Below, piece by piece: positions 19,717 through 28,692 of a stretch of DNA of 64,000 bases. Under the pieces are notes generated by a model, which had not been told where the DNA came from, did no database searches, and was given only the letters and a program-made list of their open reading frames with translations. The stretch is from the NCBI GenBank assembly GCA_030740155.1, contig JASLXV010000023.1:18908-82907 (forward strand). Reading direction: 5' to 3'. Origin of the DNA: Dehalococcoidia bacterium (GTDB lineage Bacteria > Chloroflexota > Dehalococcoidia > Lucifugimonadales > UBA3495). Positions within the stretch are counted from its first letter, which is position 1, and every line of letters begins with the position of its first letter. The position numbers were made by a program, and so were the translations under genes.

Positions 19717-20364
19717 ATGCTGGCGTTTTTGGGAGGCACCGGACCGGAAGGCAGGGGACTCGCCTTGCGGCTAGCCCTGGCAGGGCAGCAGGCGATCATC
19801 GGGTCTCGAGACGCCGGCCGGGCCGCCAAAGTGGCGGAGGAGCTGCTTCAGCTCGCCCCCGGAGCCCGCATCGGGGGAGCCACCAACGCCGATGCCGCGG
19901 CCCGGGCCGACGTGGTCTTCTTGACTTTTCCCTACGAAGGGCAGCGTACGGTGCTGGAGCAGTTGCGGGAGTCCCTTGACGGCAAGGTGGTGGTTAACGT
20001 CATCGCCCCCATGCTCTTCGAGCGAGGCCGGGGCGCCAGCGCCGTGGCGGTGCCGGCGGGCTCCGCTGCCCAGGAGGCGCAGGAGATATTGCCCGGCTCC
20101 CTGGTCGCCGCCGCTTTTCAAAACGTCAGCGCCGAGGACCTGCAGAAGCCGGAGATTATGCTGGAGGGGGATGTGATCGTCTGCTCTGGCCATCGGGAAG
20201 CCAAAACCCTGGTGATGGACCTGACGCGGGAGATCAAGAACCTGCGCCCGGTGAACGGAGGCGGCCTGGCCAACGCAAAATACGTGGAGCAGCTAACCCC
20301 CCTGCTGGTCAACATCAACCGGATACACAAGATCCACGCCGGCATCAAGATAGTCGGACTCTAG
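19717..20364 (+). CDS. npdG: NADPH-dependent F420 reductase
   Basis: GGTGPEG.GLA, IGSR, AAFQNVSA and TPLL.NIN motifs; AGGAGG RBS. Confidence 0.9.
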   Translation: MLAFLGGTGPEGRGLALRLALAGQQAIIGSRDAGRAAKVAEELLQLAPGARIGGATNADAAARADVVFLTFPYEGQRTVLEQLRESLDGKVVVNVIAPMLFERGRGASAVAVPAGSAAQEAQEILPGSLVAAAFQNVSAEDLQKPEIMLEGDVIVCSGHREAKTLVMDLTREIKNLRPVNGGGLANAKYVEQLTPLLVNINRIHKIHAGIKIVGL

Positions 20365-20447
20365 GGAAAAGTTCTTTAGGAGGGGTCTGGGGGACCCTTT
20401 CTTGGAAGAAAGGGTCCCCCAGCGTTCCAGCATTCAGGAGTTGATCG

Positions 20448-20714
20448 TTAAAGCCAGCTTTCTTCTTCGTCTTCCTCCGGCTCCCGGAACGTATACCCCA
20501 ATCCTTCAAGCTCGGCCCGGAGCCGCCCAGAAAACTCCTCGATGGTGCCGCTCTCCGGCACGGTGATTTCAATCTTGCCGTCCGCGGTCCGGCCGATGGA
20601 GCCGGGGTCTTCCTTGGACAGTTCCACGCTGACAGACTCCCGGTGGATGCCCAAGGTATCGGTCACCGAGAAGATGACCTCCATGTCTCCCATGTCGATT
20701 ATTCCTTCGGCCAT
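20448..20714 (-). CDS. Small acidic hypothetical protein (88 aa)
   Basis: MAEGIIDMGDM...EEDEEESWL; purine-rich RBS; coding-like composition. Confidence 0.7.
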   Translation of the reverse strand: MAEGIIDMGDMEVIFSVTDTLGIHRESVSVELSKEDPGSIGRTADGKIEITVPESGTIEEFSGRLRAELEGLGYTFREPEEDEEESWL

Positions 20715-20943
20715 AGCTGGCACCCCTTTTGACCCTAGAAGTGTGGGAAGGCATTGATCCTGAACCAAGTATACAGTCGCCGGTCGCGGACCCTGGTTCC
20801 CGGCCGGAATGGATTTCAATTTTTCCTTGATGCATGTATATTTCCTGAAAGGGTTGCGACGGCACGGCGGCATTGTGTCCCGAGGCTGCGGAAGGGCCGG
20901 GCCGCTCGCCTGACCCCTGGAATGCAACGTCACGTATAAGAAT

Positions 20944-20953
20944 GTAACGTTAC
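20944..20953. promoter_or_regulatory. Palindromic operator candidate GTAACGTTAC (LacI-like)
   Basis: Perfect 10-bp palindrome in an AT-rich patch upstream of the FAD oxidoreductase. Confidence 0.35.
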
Positions 20954-21016
20954 GGACAAGGTTGAGGCTCTGATACCGGGCGGCCGGCCGGCCGCCCCTA
21001 CTGAGGTTTGCTAGTT

Positions 21017-22183
21017 ATGCGACAGAGCGCCGACGTGGTCATCATTGGCGGTGGGGTTATGGGGTGCAGCATGCTGTATAACCTGGCCCGGTTGGGAGTC
21101 ACCAACTCCCTGCTGGTGGAACGGGACGTGCTGGGGTCCGGCTCCACCGGCCGCTCCCAGGCCATCTGCCGGATGCACTACTCCAATCCGGTGACGGCCT
21201 CGATGGCCTGGGAGAGCCTCAAGGTCTTTACCAACTTCGACGACGCCGTCGGCGGCAGCTCGGGGTTCGTCAAGACCGGGTATCTGGTCATAGTCGAGGA
21301 TGTCGATCGGCCTGGGCTCGAACGAAATGTGGCGATGCAGCAGGAGCTGGGCATCAATACCAGCCAGGTCACTGCCGCCGATCTGAGAGAGCTGGCCCCG
21401 ATGCTCGCCGTCGATGAGACGGAAGCCCTGGCCTGGGAGCCGGAGTCGGGATATGCCGACCCGTACATGTTGACCACATCCTACGCGGCGCGAGCCCGTG
21501 ATATGGGCGCGGAAATCATGTTGCGGGCCCCGGCTCAGATGATAGAAGTGTCGGGGGACCGGGTCCGCGCGGTGGTGACCGATCAGGGCAGGGTGGAGAC
21601 ACCGATCGCCGTGGTGGCCGCCGGCCCCTGGTCCAAGATAGAACTGGCCAAAGTGGGGGTCGACGCGCCTCTGGTTCCGGTCCGCCACCAGGTGGCACTG
21701 CTCACCCGGCCGCTGGACCGGATACCCGATCACCCTATCGTCGGAGACATCGCCCAATCCTTATCGTTCCGGCCTGACGGCTCTTCCATGACCATGCTGG
21801 GGGTTGGCGAGGACGAGGTGGCAGACGTCGATAGCTACAACCAGGGTGTGGAGATGTCGGGCATCGCCGATGCGCTGGGCCGGATGGCCCGCAGAATGCC
21901 CGGAATGGCCGATTCATACGTCCGTGGCGGCTGGGCCGGCCTCTTCACCACCACCCCGGACTGGCACCCCATCCTGGACCGGGTCCCAGGCATCGAAGGG
22001 CTGTACTGCGCCGTGGGGTTCAGCGGGCACGGGTTCAAATTGTCACCCATGATCGGCTTGGCCATGGCCGAGTTGATCGCCCAGGGGCGGGCCACGTCCA
22101 TCGACATTTCGCCGCTACGCTTCACCCGGTTCGCTGAGGGGGACCTGCTTTCCTCCAGCTTCAGGTACCGGGTGCTTGCCTGA
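21017..22183 (+). CDS. FAD-dependent oxidoreductase (DAO / sarcosine oxidase beta-like)
   Basis: IIGGGVMG, GSTGRS, TPDWHP and GFSGHGFK motifs. Confidence 0.9.
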   Translation: MRQSADVVIIGGGVMGCSMLYNLARLGVTNSLLVERDVLGSGSTGRSQAICRMHYSNPVTASMAWESLKVFTNFDDAVGGSSGFVKTGYLVIVEDVDRPGLERNVAMQQELGINTSQVTAADLRELAPMLAVDETEALAWEPESGYADPYMLTTSYAARARDMGAEIMLRAPAQMIEVSGDRVRAVVTDQGRVETPIAVVAAGPWSKIELAKVGVDAPLVPVRHQVALLTRPLDRIPDHPIVGDIAQSLSFRPDGSSMTMLGVGEDEVADVDSYNQGVEMSGIADALGRMARRMPGMADSYVRGGWAGLFTTTPDWHPILDRVPGIEGLYCAVGFSGHGFKLSPMIGLAMAELIAQGRATSIDISPLRFTRFAEGDLLSSSFRYRVLA

Positions 22184-22234
22184 CGCCGCCGGCCTGACGC
22201 CATTGCACAGAGGAACGGGACCGGAGCACCAGCG

Positions 22235-23554
22235 ATGCTGAGAGGTGGCCGCAGGGTGCTGCTGGCCGTTTTCCTGGGCCTCTTGGTGCTGGCCGCCGGA
22301 AACGGCGATTACCGGCCCTCGGCGTTGGACCTGGCGGTAGCGCCCTACCGGTACAGCCTGGTCCGCTGGGAGCTGTCCCACTTCCTGGAAAAATGGGTCA
22401 ACAAGCTGGAGGACCTGCTGCCCTGGGCCTCGACGCCGTCGCGTGAGGACCGAATCGCCCGGGCGGTGGAGTTCTTTGACCTGGGCGAAACGTTGCGGGG
22501 CCTGGAGCACCGGCTCCGGTTCCCCGAGTCGAACGCCGGGAGTCCGTCGCCGGAGGATCAGGGCCGGCCTCTCCGGGCCGAGATTGAGGAAATCAGAGAG
22601 CGGCGACGCCACCTGCGGGAGGGTGTGGAGGAGACGATAGAGGGCGAGATCAGCGCCGTGCTCGCCACGGAAGGGTTCGCCTCCCGGATCGGCCTCATCT
22701 TTCCGCCGGTGGACACCGTCTTTTCCGGGTCTCCCGGGGCGCTGATACTGTCGCCGAGGGACCGGATCGAGCGGCAGTTGACGGTCTTGCTGATTCCCGG
22801 CCTGGACGACGACGTCCGGGAACAGATCGAGGAGCAGATCTTCCAAGGGGAAAACATGGCGGCCCTGGTGGCAAGCACCGGCGGTGTGGCCACCTACCCC
22901 AGCGTGGTTTCCGATTCCGGCAGTCTCCACCATGCCGTGGTGACCACCGCTCACGAATGGCTCCACCATTGGTTCTTCTTCCAACCGCTGGGGCAGCACT
23001 TCTGGGACAGCTCCCAAATGACCACCCTGAACGAGACGGCAGCGACACTGGGCGGCCGGGCGATCGGGGACCGGGCCTTCACGGCCATGACCGGGGAGCG
23101 GATAAACCGCGATCCGCCACCGGAGCCCGTGGCCCCGGACCCCGAGGCCTTCGACTTCAATGCCGCCATGCGCGAGACCCGGGTGAAGACCGAGGAGCTG
23201 CTGGCCGAAGGCAACATCGAGGAGGCGGAGGCGTATATGGAGGAGCGACGCCGGTTCCTGGCGGACAACGGCAGCTTCATTCGGAAGATCAACCAGGCCT
23301 TCTTCGCCTTTCACGGGTCCTACGCCACCAGCGCGGCGTCGATCAGCCCCATAGACGCTCAACTGAGGGAGCTTCAGGACCGCAGTGGCTCCCTGGAGGG
23401 CTTCATCAAGTCCGTCGGCCGGTTCGGCAGCTACCAGGAGTTCCTGGACCACCTGGAACAGCCTCAGGCGGGGCAAGGCCGGGCGGCGGGGGACCAGGGC
23501 GCCGGCATCGAAGACCCGGCCGGCAGGCCCGAGACCTTGGCCTCCGCACCCTGA
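22235..23554 (+). CDS. Exported or membrane-anchored protein with gluzincin-like metallopeptidase motif
   Basis: Hydrophobic N-terminus; AHEWLH followed by NETAA. Confidence 0.6.
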   Translation: MLRGGRRVLLAVFLGLLVLAAGNGDYRPSALDLAVAPYRYSLVRWELSHFLEKWVNKLEDLLPWASTPSREDRIARAVEFFDLGETLRGLEHRLRFPESNAGSPSPEDQGRPLRAEIEEIRERRRHLREGVEETIEGEISAVLATEGFASRIGLIFPPVDTVFSGSPGALILSPRDRIERQLTVLLIPGLDDDVREQIEEQIFQGENMAALVASTGGVATYPSVVSDSGSLHHAVVTTAHEWLHHWFFFQPLGQHFWDSSQMTTLNETAATLGGRAIGDRAFTAMTGERINRDPPPEPVAPDPEAFDFNAAMRETRVKTEELLAEGNIEEAEAYMEERRRFLADNGSFIRKINQAFFAFHGSYATSAASISPIDAQLRELQDRSGSLEGFIKSVGRFGSYQEFLDHLEQPQAGQGRAAGDQGAGIEDPAGRPETLASAP

Positions 23555-23569
23555 CGGCTTCTTGACCGG

Positions 23570-24853
23570 TCAGCGCTCGTCCTCGGCCCAGAATTCCTCC
23601 GGCCGCTTGTTATACTTCCCATAGCTCAGCACATCGTCGAACCACAGCCAGAACCGGTTCAGCCACCGCCAGCGCCAGTGTTTGATGGAGATGCGAGCCG
23701 CCACGTGCACCCAGTGGGTGGACTTGGTCCAAGGGCAGGTCCGGGTGCAATTGGAGCAGGTGGTGCCGACCCGGTTCTGGTACCCCATGCACTTCTTCGC
23801 GTCGACCATCCACTGGAGGACCCCGGTGGTGTTGCACTCGTTGTTTGGCTGATAGCTTCGCTCGCCCGTCGGAATGGCCCCGGCACCGCACTTCCGGGTG
23901 CATTTCAGACAGATATCGCAGAACTCGGTGATGCCGAAGTCCCGGGCGCCGTCGGGCTCCAGCGGCAGGTCGGTGATGACTTTGGATATCCGCAGGCGGG
24001 ACCCAATCTTGGGGTTGATCAGGTTGCTGTGCCGGCCCACCTGACCGAGCCCCGCGTCGACGGCCAGGGGGATGCTCAGCGCCACGTCGTTGCCGCAAGG
24101 GATTGCGTGGTACCCCAGGCCTCGAATAAACTCGGCCAGCATCCAAACGGTTGGCGCCAGCCTGGTATAGGCCATGGTGCTGAACGCCTCCGTGAGGAGG
24201 GTCGGCGCGTACTCCGCGCCCTTGGAGCCCCCGGGCCATTCGTGCAGCATCACCACCACGTACTGCATCTCCTTTGGAATGACGCGAGTCCCATCTTCCA
24301 GAAGAGTGGGCGCATCGTACTGTTCCAGGCCGGGCTCGTCGGAGAACTTGATGGGGTACTGTTTCATCGCCTTCTTGTCGAAGTAATGGGAGTACACCCA
24401 ACGCCGGTCCAGCCTGGCAATACCGGCCTGGTTCGCGCCGAACACCCTGGCGGCCTTACGCACGACCTTGGATGCCTCTTTGGTGGGAGCCTCCCAGCGC
24501 TGCCCTGGCGCGGGTCCCAACTGGGACTGCCAGGCGGTGGAGGGCTGATCCGGCTCATTCTTCGAGAACCTCAGCAGATTGAGGAAGGAATCTGCCGCGG
24601 CGTCCAGGCTCCAGGCGGGCCGGTCGTAGCCGCTCCGCCCCTTTTCAACAAGCAGGTGCTGCTTGGTTTTTAGCTTGGCGCGTTCCGCGAAAGCCACCGG
24701 ATCATAGAGCGCCTGGGTGCCCATATTGTTCATCTGGTTGAACCTTACGTACGAGCTTTGCACCTCGTACATTTCGGCAGCCGTGACAAAGCCGTTTGGG
24801 CTCGGGTTCTCTGGTTGTTGCACCTTAGGGGCCGGCCGCTGCTTGATCTTCAT
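23570..24853 (-). CDS. Reductive dehalogenase (RdhA)-like cobalamin/2x[4Fe-4S] protein without TAT signal
   Basis: GA..GIA.LDRRWVYS, IRGLGY.A, PLAVDAGLG..GR, TDLPL.PD, FCDICLKCTRKC and C...CSNCTRTCPW motifs. Confidence 0.85.
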   Translation of the reverse strand: MKIKQRPAPKVQQPENPSPNGFVTAAEMYEVQSSYVRFNQMNNMGTQALYDPVAFAERAKLKTKQHLLVEKGRSGYDRPAWSLDAAADSFLNLLRFSKNEPDQPSTAWQSQLGPAPGQRWEAPTKEASKVVRKAARVFGANQAGIARLDRRWVYSHYFDKKAMKQYPIKFSDEPGLEQYDAPTLLEDGTRVIPKEMQYVVVMLHEWPGGSKGAEYAPTLLTEAFSTMAYTRLAPTVWMLAEFIRGLGYHAIPCGNDVALSIPLAVDAGLGQVGRHSNLINPKIGSRLRISKVITDLPLEPDGARDFGITEFCDICLKCTRKCGAGAIPTGERSYQPNNECNTTGVLQWMVDAKKCMGYQNRVGTTCSNCTRTCPWTKSTHWVHVAARISIKHWRWRWLNRFWLWFDDVLSYGKYNKRPEEFWAEDER

Positions 24854-25020
24854 GCCGTAAGAACTCCAATGGGCGCCAAATTATCGGTCGCCGCTCCGGA
24901 TACCGGATCAGGGACGTACAAATCTCTGGCCTCTCTACCCTCCAAGGCCACGGTTGCCTCCGCTAGTTTAGTGCCGTGTAATTGGCTTGTCACCCAGCCG
25001 GTAATCCCGGCGGCGCTTCT

Positions 25021-25204
25021 CTGGATTCCGGCCTTCGCCGGAATGACGGGAGCGGATGGGACTACCGCCCAGTTTCGCCGATTTAGATTCATTGCACAAA
25101 ATACGCTAATCCCTGGTTTCGGTCACGGCCGTTAAGCTCATCCGTTGTCCCAGAGCCTGTCGAAGGGCGCCGCGCCGGTGGTTCGACAGGCTCACCACGA
25201 ACGG
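25021..25204. repeat. Cluster of REP-like repeats (CTGGATTCCGGCC..GCCGGAATGAC plus family B pair)
   Basis: Related copies at 59363-59390 and 58512-58631. Confidence 0.75.
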
Positions 25205-25305
25205 TCGAATTTCGTCGCGGTTCGTTCTCCCGGCATCGCCCGGAGGGGCGTAACGGCGCTCACCGCGAACGGCGCCGGTGGAGCCGATTATCACGAGACA
25301 GCCGG

Positions 25306-26085
25306 CTAGCCGTCCCCCAGGTGTCTGATCTCCCGCAGGAACTCCGCGCCGGCGAGTGCGACAAGGTCCGACAGGCCCAGGTCGAACTTCTTGACCCCCA
25401 ACTCGTATCGACGTTTGGTTGCCTCGCGATCGAACACCACGCTGAGGCTGACATCCACGCCCGCCTTGACGATCTCCACGATCATGGCGTCCATGGTCCG
25501 GTCGACCTCTGCCTGGTCCGGCATGCCCATGGACTGCCACAAGTCCCTGGGGCCGATCTGAATACAGTCGATACCCGGCACGGCGAGAATCTCCGACAGA
25601 TTCTGAACCGCCTCGACCTCCTCCAGTTGGCACAGGACGAACACCTCCCGGTTGGCCATCTCGGTGTATTCGCGTCCGATGACGTCCAGCCCAAACCACG
25701 CCCCCCGGCCCTTTTCGTACACGGTACGCGAACCCTCGGGGTAGAACCGGCAGGCCTGGACCACGGCGCGGGCGTCCACGGCCGTGTTGATTCGAGGGAT
25801 ATGGACCCCGGCGGCGCCCACGTCCAGGTAGCGTAGTATTTGATCCTCTGAGAACGCCATCCGGATTATGACCGGGATGTTGAAGGCGTCTCCGGCCCGA
25901 ATGAGGTTCTCCACCTCCCGCTCGTCCATGGGCAGATGCTCGCAGTCGATGGTCACGTAGTCATATTCCAACGCCCCAAACAGCTCGACCATCTCGGGAC
26001 AATACGAACCGAGTCTCCCACCCACCACAATCTGGTTCTCTTTGAGCTTTGCCTTCATGCTATTGCTGCGTATTCTCATCATCAC
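25306..26085 (-). CDS. HpcH/HpaI aldolase family protein
   Basis: IDCEH, LDVGAAG, QLE, and IGPRDL motifs. Confidence 0.88.
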   Translation of the reverse strand: MMMRIRSNSMKAKLKENQIVVGGRLGSYCPEMVELFGALEYDYVTIDCEHLPMDEREVENLIRAGDAFNIPVIIRMAFSEDQILRYLDVGAAGVHIPRINTAVDARAVVQACRFYPEGSRTVYEKGRGAWFGLDVIGREYTEMANREVFVLCQLEEVEAVQNLSEILAVPGIDCIQIGPRDLWQSMGMPDQAEVDRTMDAMIVEIVKAGVDVSLSVVFDREATKRRYELGVKKFDLGLSDLVALAGAEFLREIRHLGDG

Positions 26086-26159
26086 CCCTTGTGAGTTGCT
26101 CTTCGGCCGCTTGACCGAGCGGCAGGAACGCGACTTGCCGTCGGCCGCGGGTCAACAGT

Positions 26160-28157
26160 CTACAGGTACCGGCCGGCCCGGGCGCCGTCCAGCACCGCGT
26201 GGAATATCCGGCGCGGGGCCAGGCAGTCACCGGCCAAATGGAGTTCCTTGACCCGGCCTTTCAGCGCCCTCGCAAGCTGGGTATTGGCGCGGCTGCCGCA
26301 CGCCAGCACGACCGTTTCTATGCCCTCTATCCGGCGCTCTCGCCTGGTCAAGGTGTTCCGGACCACGATGCTTTCCTCTCCTATCGCTTTGAGCCCAGTC
26401 AAGGGCGAGAGGGTAACTCCCTTTTCCAAGAGCCGCTTGGTCAGCAGGTACTTGGTGGCATCCTCGATACCCTGACCCACGGTCAGCAATTCCGAAATCA
26501 GTTCCACGTCTTTACCCTGGTCCGCCAGGAACTCGGCAATCGATGGGGCGGGCAGATGGTCCTCGACGCCTCCGACAACCAGCACCTTCTGCCCAACCTG
26601 GGCCTCCCCCTGGAGGACCTGCATGGAGGTCACCACCCGTGCGTCATCCACGCCGGGAACCGGAGGAACATAGGGCTCGGCGCCGGTGGCCAGCACCACG
26701 GCGTCGGGAGCAAGCTCGGCCACCAATTCCGGGGTTATCTCTTCGCCCAGTAGTAGCTCCACTCCCAGTTTCTTGAGTTGAGAGTGGAGATAGACAATCA
26801 TATCTCCCAGTTGCCGGCGGTTGGGGTCACGAGCGATGATGCTAACCTTGCCGCCGAGTTCGGTCCGGCGCTCACTCAGCAGGACACGGTGTCCCCTGAG
26901 GGCGGCCAGCCGGGCCGCCTCCATCCCCGCCGGGCCGCCTCCCACGATGAGGACGAGCTTCTTGGCCCGAGCCGGCGCAAAATCCATCTCCTCTTCCCGG
27001 CCCGCCGCCGCGTTCACCGCGCACATCACCGGCCGTCGCCGCCCCACGTAATGGCATTCGTTGGTGACGATGCAGGTCCTGATGTCCTCGAGCCTGCCCT
27101 CCCTGGCCTTGTTGGCAAATTCTGGGTCGGCGATGAAGGCCCGGGCCATCCCCACCATGTCGGCGGAGCCTTCGGCGATGATGCCCTCGGCGAGCGACGG
27201 GTCGTTGATCCTGCCGGCCACGATTACCGGAATGTCCACCACCGCCTTGATCGCGGCGGCCATGGGAACGTTGGGGCCGGGCGGCACGTAGGACGGGCTC
27301 GTGTAGGCCAGCTTTAGCCCATCCTTGGTGAGTCCCATATGAGTTCCGCCGCTGATATTTATGAAATCGATGTGCTGGTTCAACCGCCGGGCGAGCCCTT
27401 TCACGTCCTCCAGCGTCAGGCCGCCTTCGAAGCGCTCGTCGCCGGTGATGCGCACCCCCACCGGGAAGCTTGGGCCCACCAGTTCCCTGGTGGCCTCCAG
27501 CATCTCCAACAGGAAGCGGAGCCGGTTGTCCGGGTTGCCCCCGTATCGGTCGTTGCGCCGGTTGGTATGGGGCGATAGGAACTGGTTTACCAGATACCCG
27601 TGAGCCGCGCCGATCTCCACGCCGTCCAGGCCCGCTTCCTTGATCCTCCTGGCGCCATGGGCGAATACCCGGACCAGCTCCGCGATCTCCTCTGCCTCCA
27701 ACTCGTGAGGCACTTCCAGGTCGTACTCGTCGATCACCTCGGAGGGTCCCATAGCCAGACGCAGGGCGCCCGCATGCTGGATCGCGATCCCCAGGTGGAG
27801 CACCTGCCCAACGCAGACGGCGCCATGGCGGTGCACCGCTTCGGCCCGCCTTCGAAACACCGGAATCAGCGCATCATCGTAGTGACGGATGCCCTCAGGC
27901 GTGGCCGGATTGAGGGGCACTACGTCGGGATCCGACGCATGGCCGGGGACGAACCGCCCCGGACCCACCGAGTAATGGTGCACTCCCTCGCCCGAATTGA
28001 TCCCGATCAGCCCCACTCCCCCACGGGCCCGCTCCTCCAGATAGCGGAGGTTTCTGCCTTCCGACAGGCGGGTGTGATGGGTGGTCATCATCAACCGGTT
28101 GCGCACCAGCAGGGAACCGAGATTGATGGGCTGAAAGAGATGCTTGAAATCGGACAT
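26160..28157 (-). CDS. NADH:flavin oxidoreductase (OYE TIM barrel plus FAD/NAD domain, DCR/TMADH-like)
   Basis: RNRLMM, AHGYLVNQFLSP.TN.R.D.YGG and GGGPAGME motifs; start trimmed to MSDFKH. Confidence 0.9.
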   Translation of the reverse strand: MSDFKHLFQPINLGSLLVRNRLMMTTHHTRLSEGRNLRYLEERARGGVGLIGINSGEGVHHYSVGPGRFVPGHASDPDVVPLNPATPEGIRHYDDALIPVFRRRAEAVHRHGAVCVGQVLHLGIAIQHAGALRLAMGPSEVIDEYDLEVPHELEAEEIAELVRVFAHGARRIKEAGLDGVEIGAAHGYLVNQFLSPHTNRRNDRYGGNPDNRLRFLLEMLEATRELVGPSFPVGVRITGDERFEGGLTLEDVKGLARRLNQHIDFINISGGTHMGLTKDGLKLAYTSPSYVPPGPNVPMAAAIKAVVDIPVIVAGRINDPSLAEGIIAEGSADMVGMARAFIADPEFANKAREGRLEDIRTCIVTNECHYVGRRRPVMCAVNAAAGREEEMDFAPARAKKLVLIVGGGPAGMEAARLAALRGHRVLLSERRTELGGKVSIIARDPNRRQLGDMIVYLHSQLKKLGVELLLGEEITPELVAELAPDAVVLATGAEPYVPPVPGVDDARVVTSMQVLQGEAQVGQKVLVVGGVEDHLPAPSIAEFLADQGKDVELISELLTVGQGIEDATKYLLTKRLLEKGVTLSPLTGLKAIGEESIVVRNTLTRRERRIEGIETVVLACGSRANTQLARALKGRVKELHLAGDCLAPRRIFHAVLDGARAGRYL

Positions 28158-28692
28158 CTTGTTGCACGCTCTACTTCGCCAGGGCGACGAGACTACCGCA
28201 CTATCAATGCCAAAATTCAGGATCAGGATTCGGGCGTCGCAAAAACTCGCCTCCCCAACGGTGATGATTCTATGGACCCACCCATATCGTGTCAATCGCG
28301 GCGTCTCTCCTCTGGGCCGGACCTGGTTCGCTCCGACGTGGATGCTCGCCCGCGCCGGTACGACACCCTCCTCTGTGAGTTGCTCCGGAGAGGCCGGAAA
28401 ATTACCTGAAAGTTCGGCCGGAATGCCGGGGATACCATCCCATCCGGGCATGTGCTACTATTCCGGTTGCGCCAGTACTCGAATGGGGATGTCGCCGTTT
28501 ACCGTCGGCCAAGGGAACACCACGTCCGCAAAAACGGGCGCAAGAACGGCCGTTTTCCCCACATCACCGGATAATCCGGGGCGCGCCTTATGGGCAACGC
28601 GCCTCTGTACGATCACTCCAATATCCACTTGAGATACGGGATGAACCACGGGTCCTCCGATGCAGGCCCATTCATCCAACTGGAGGGCGTTC

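Noticed and set aside
28158-28451. N-terminal extensions in the ORF track for OYE (also thrC, selB, phoU, rhodanese, AAA ATPase)
   Set aside because: Family homology, and in several cases an RBS, begins at downstream starts; the extensions cover promoter regions.
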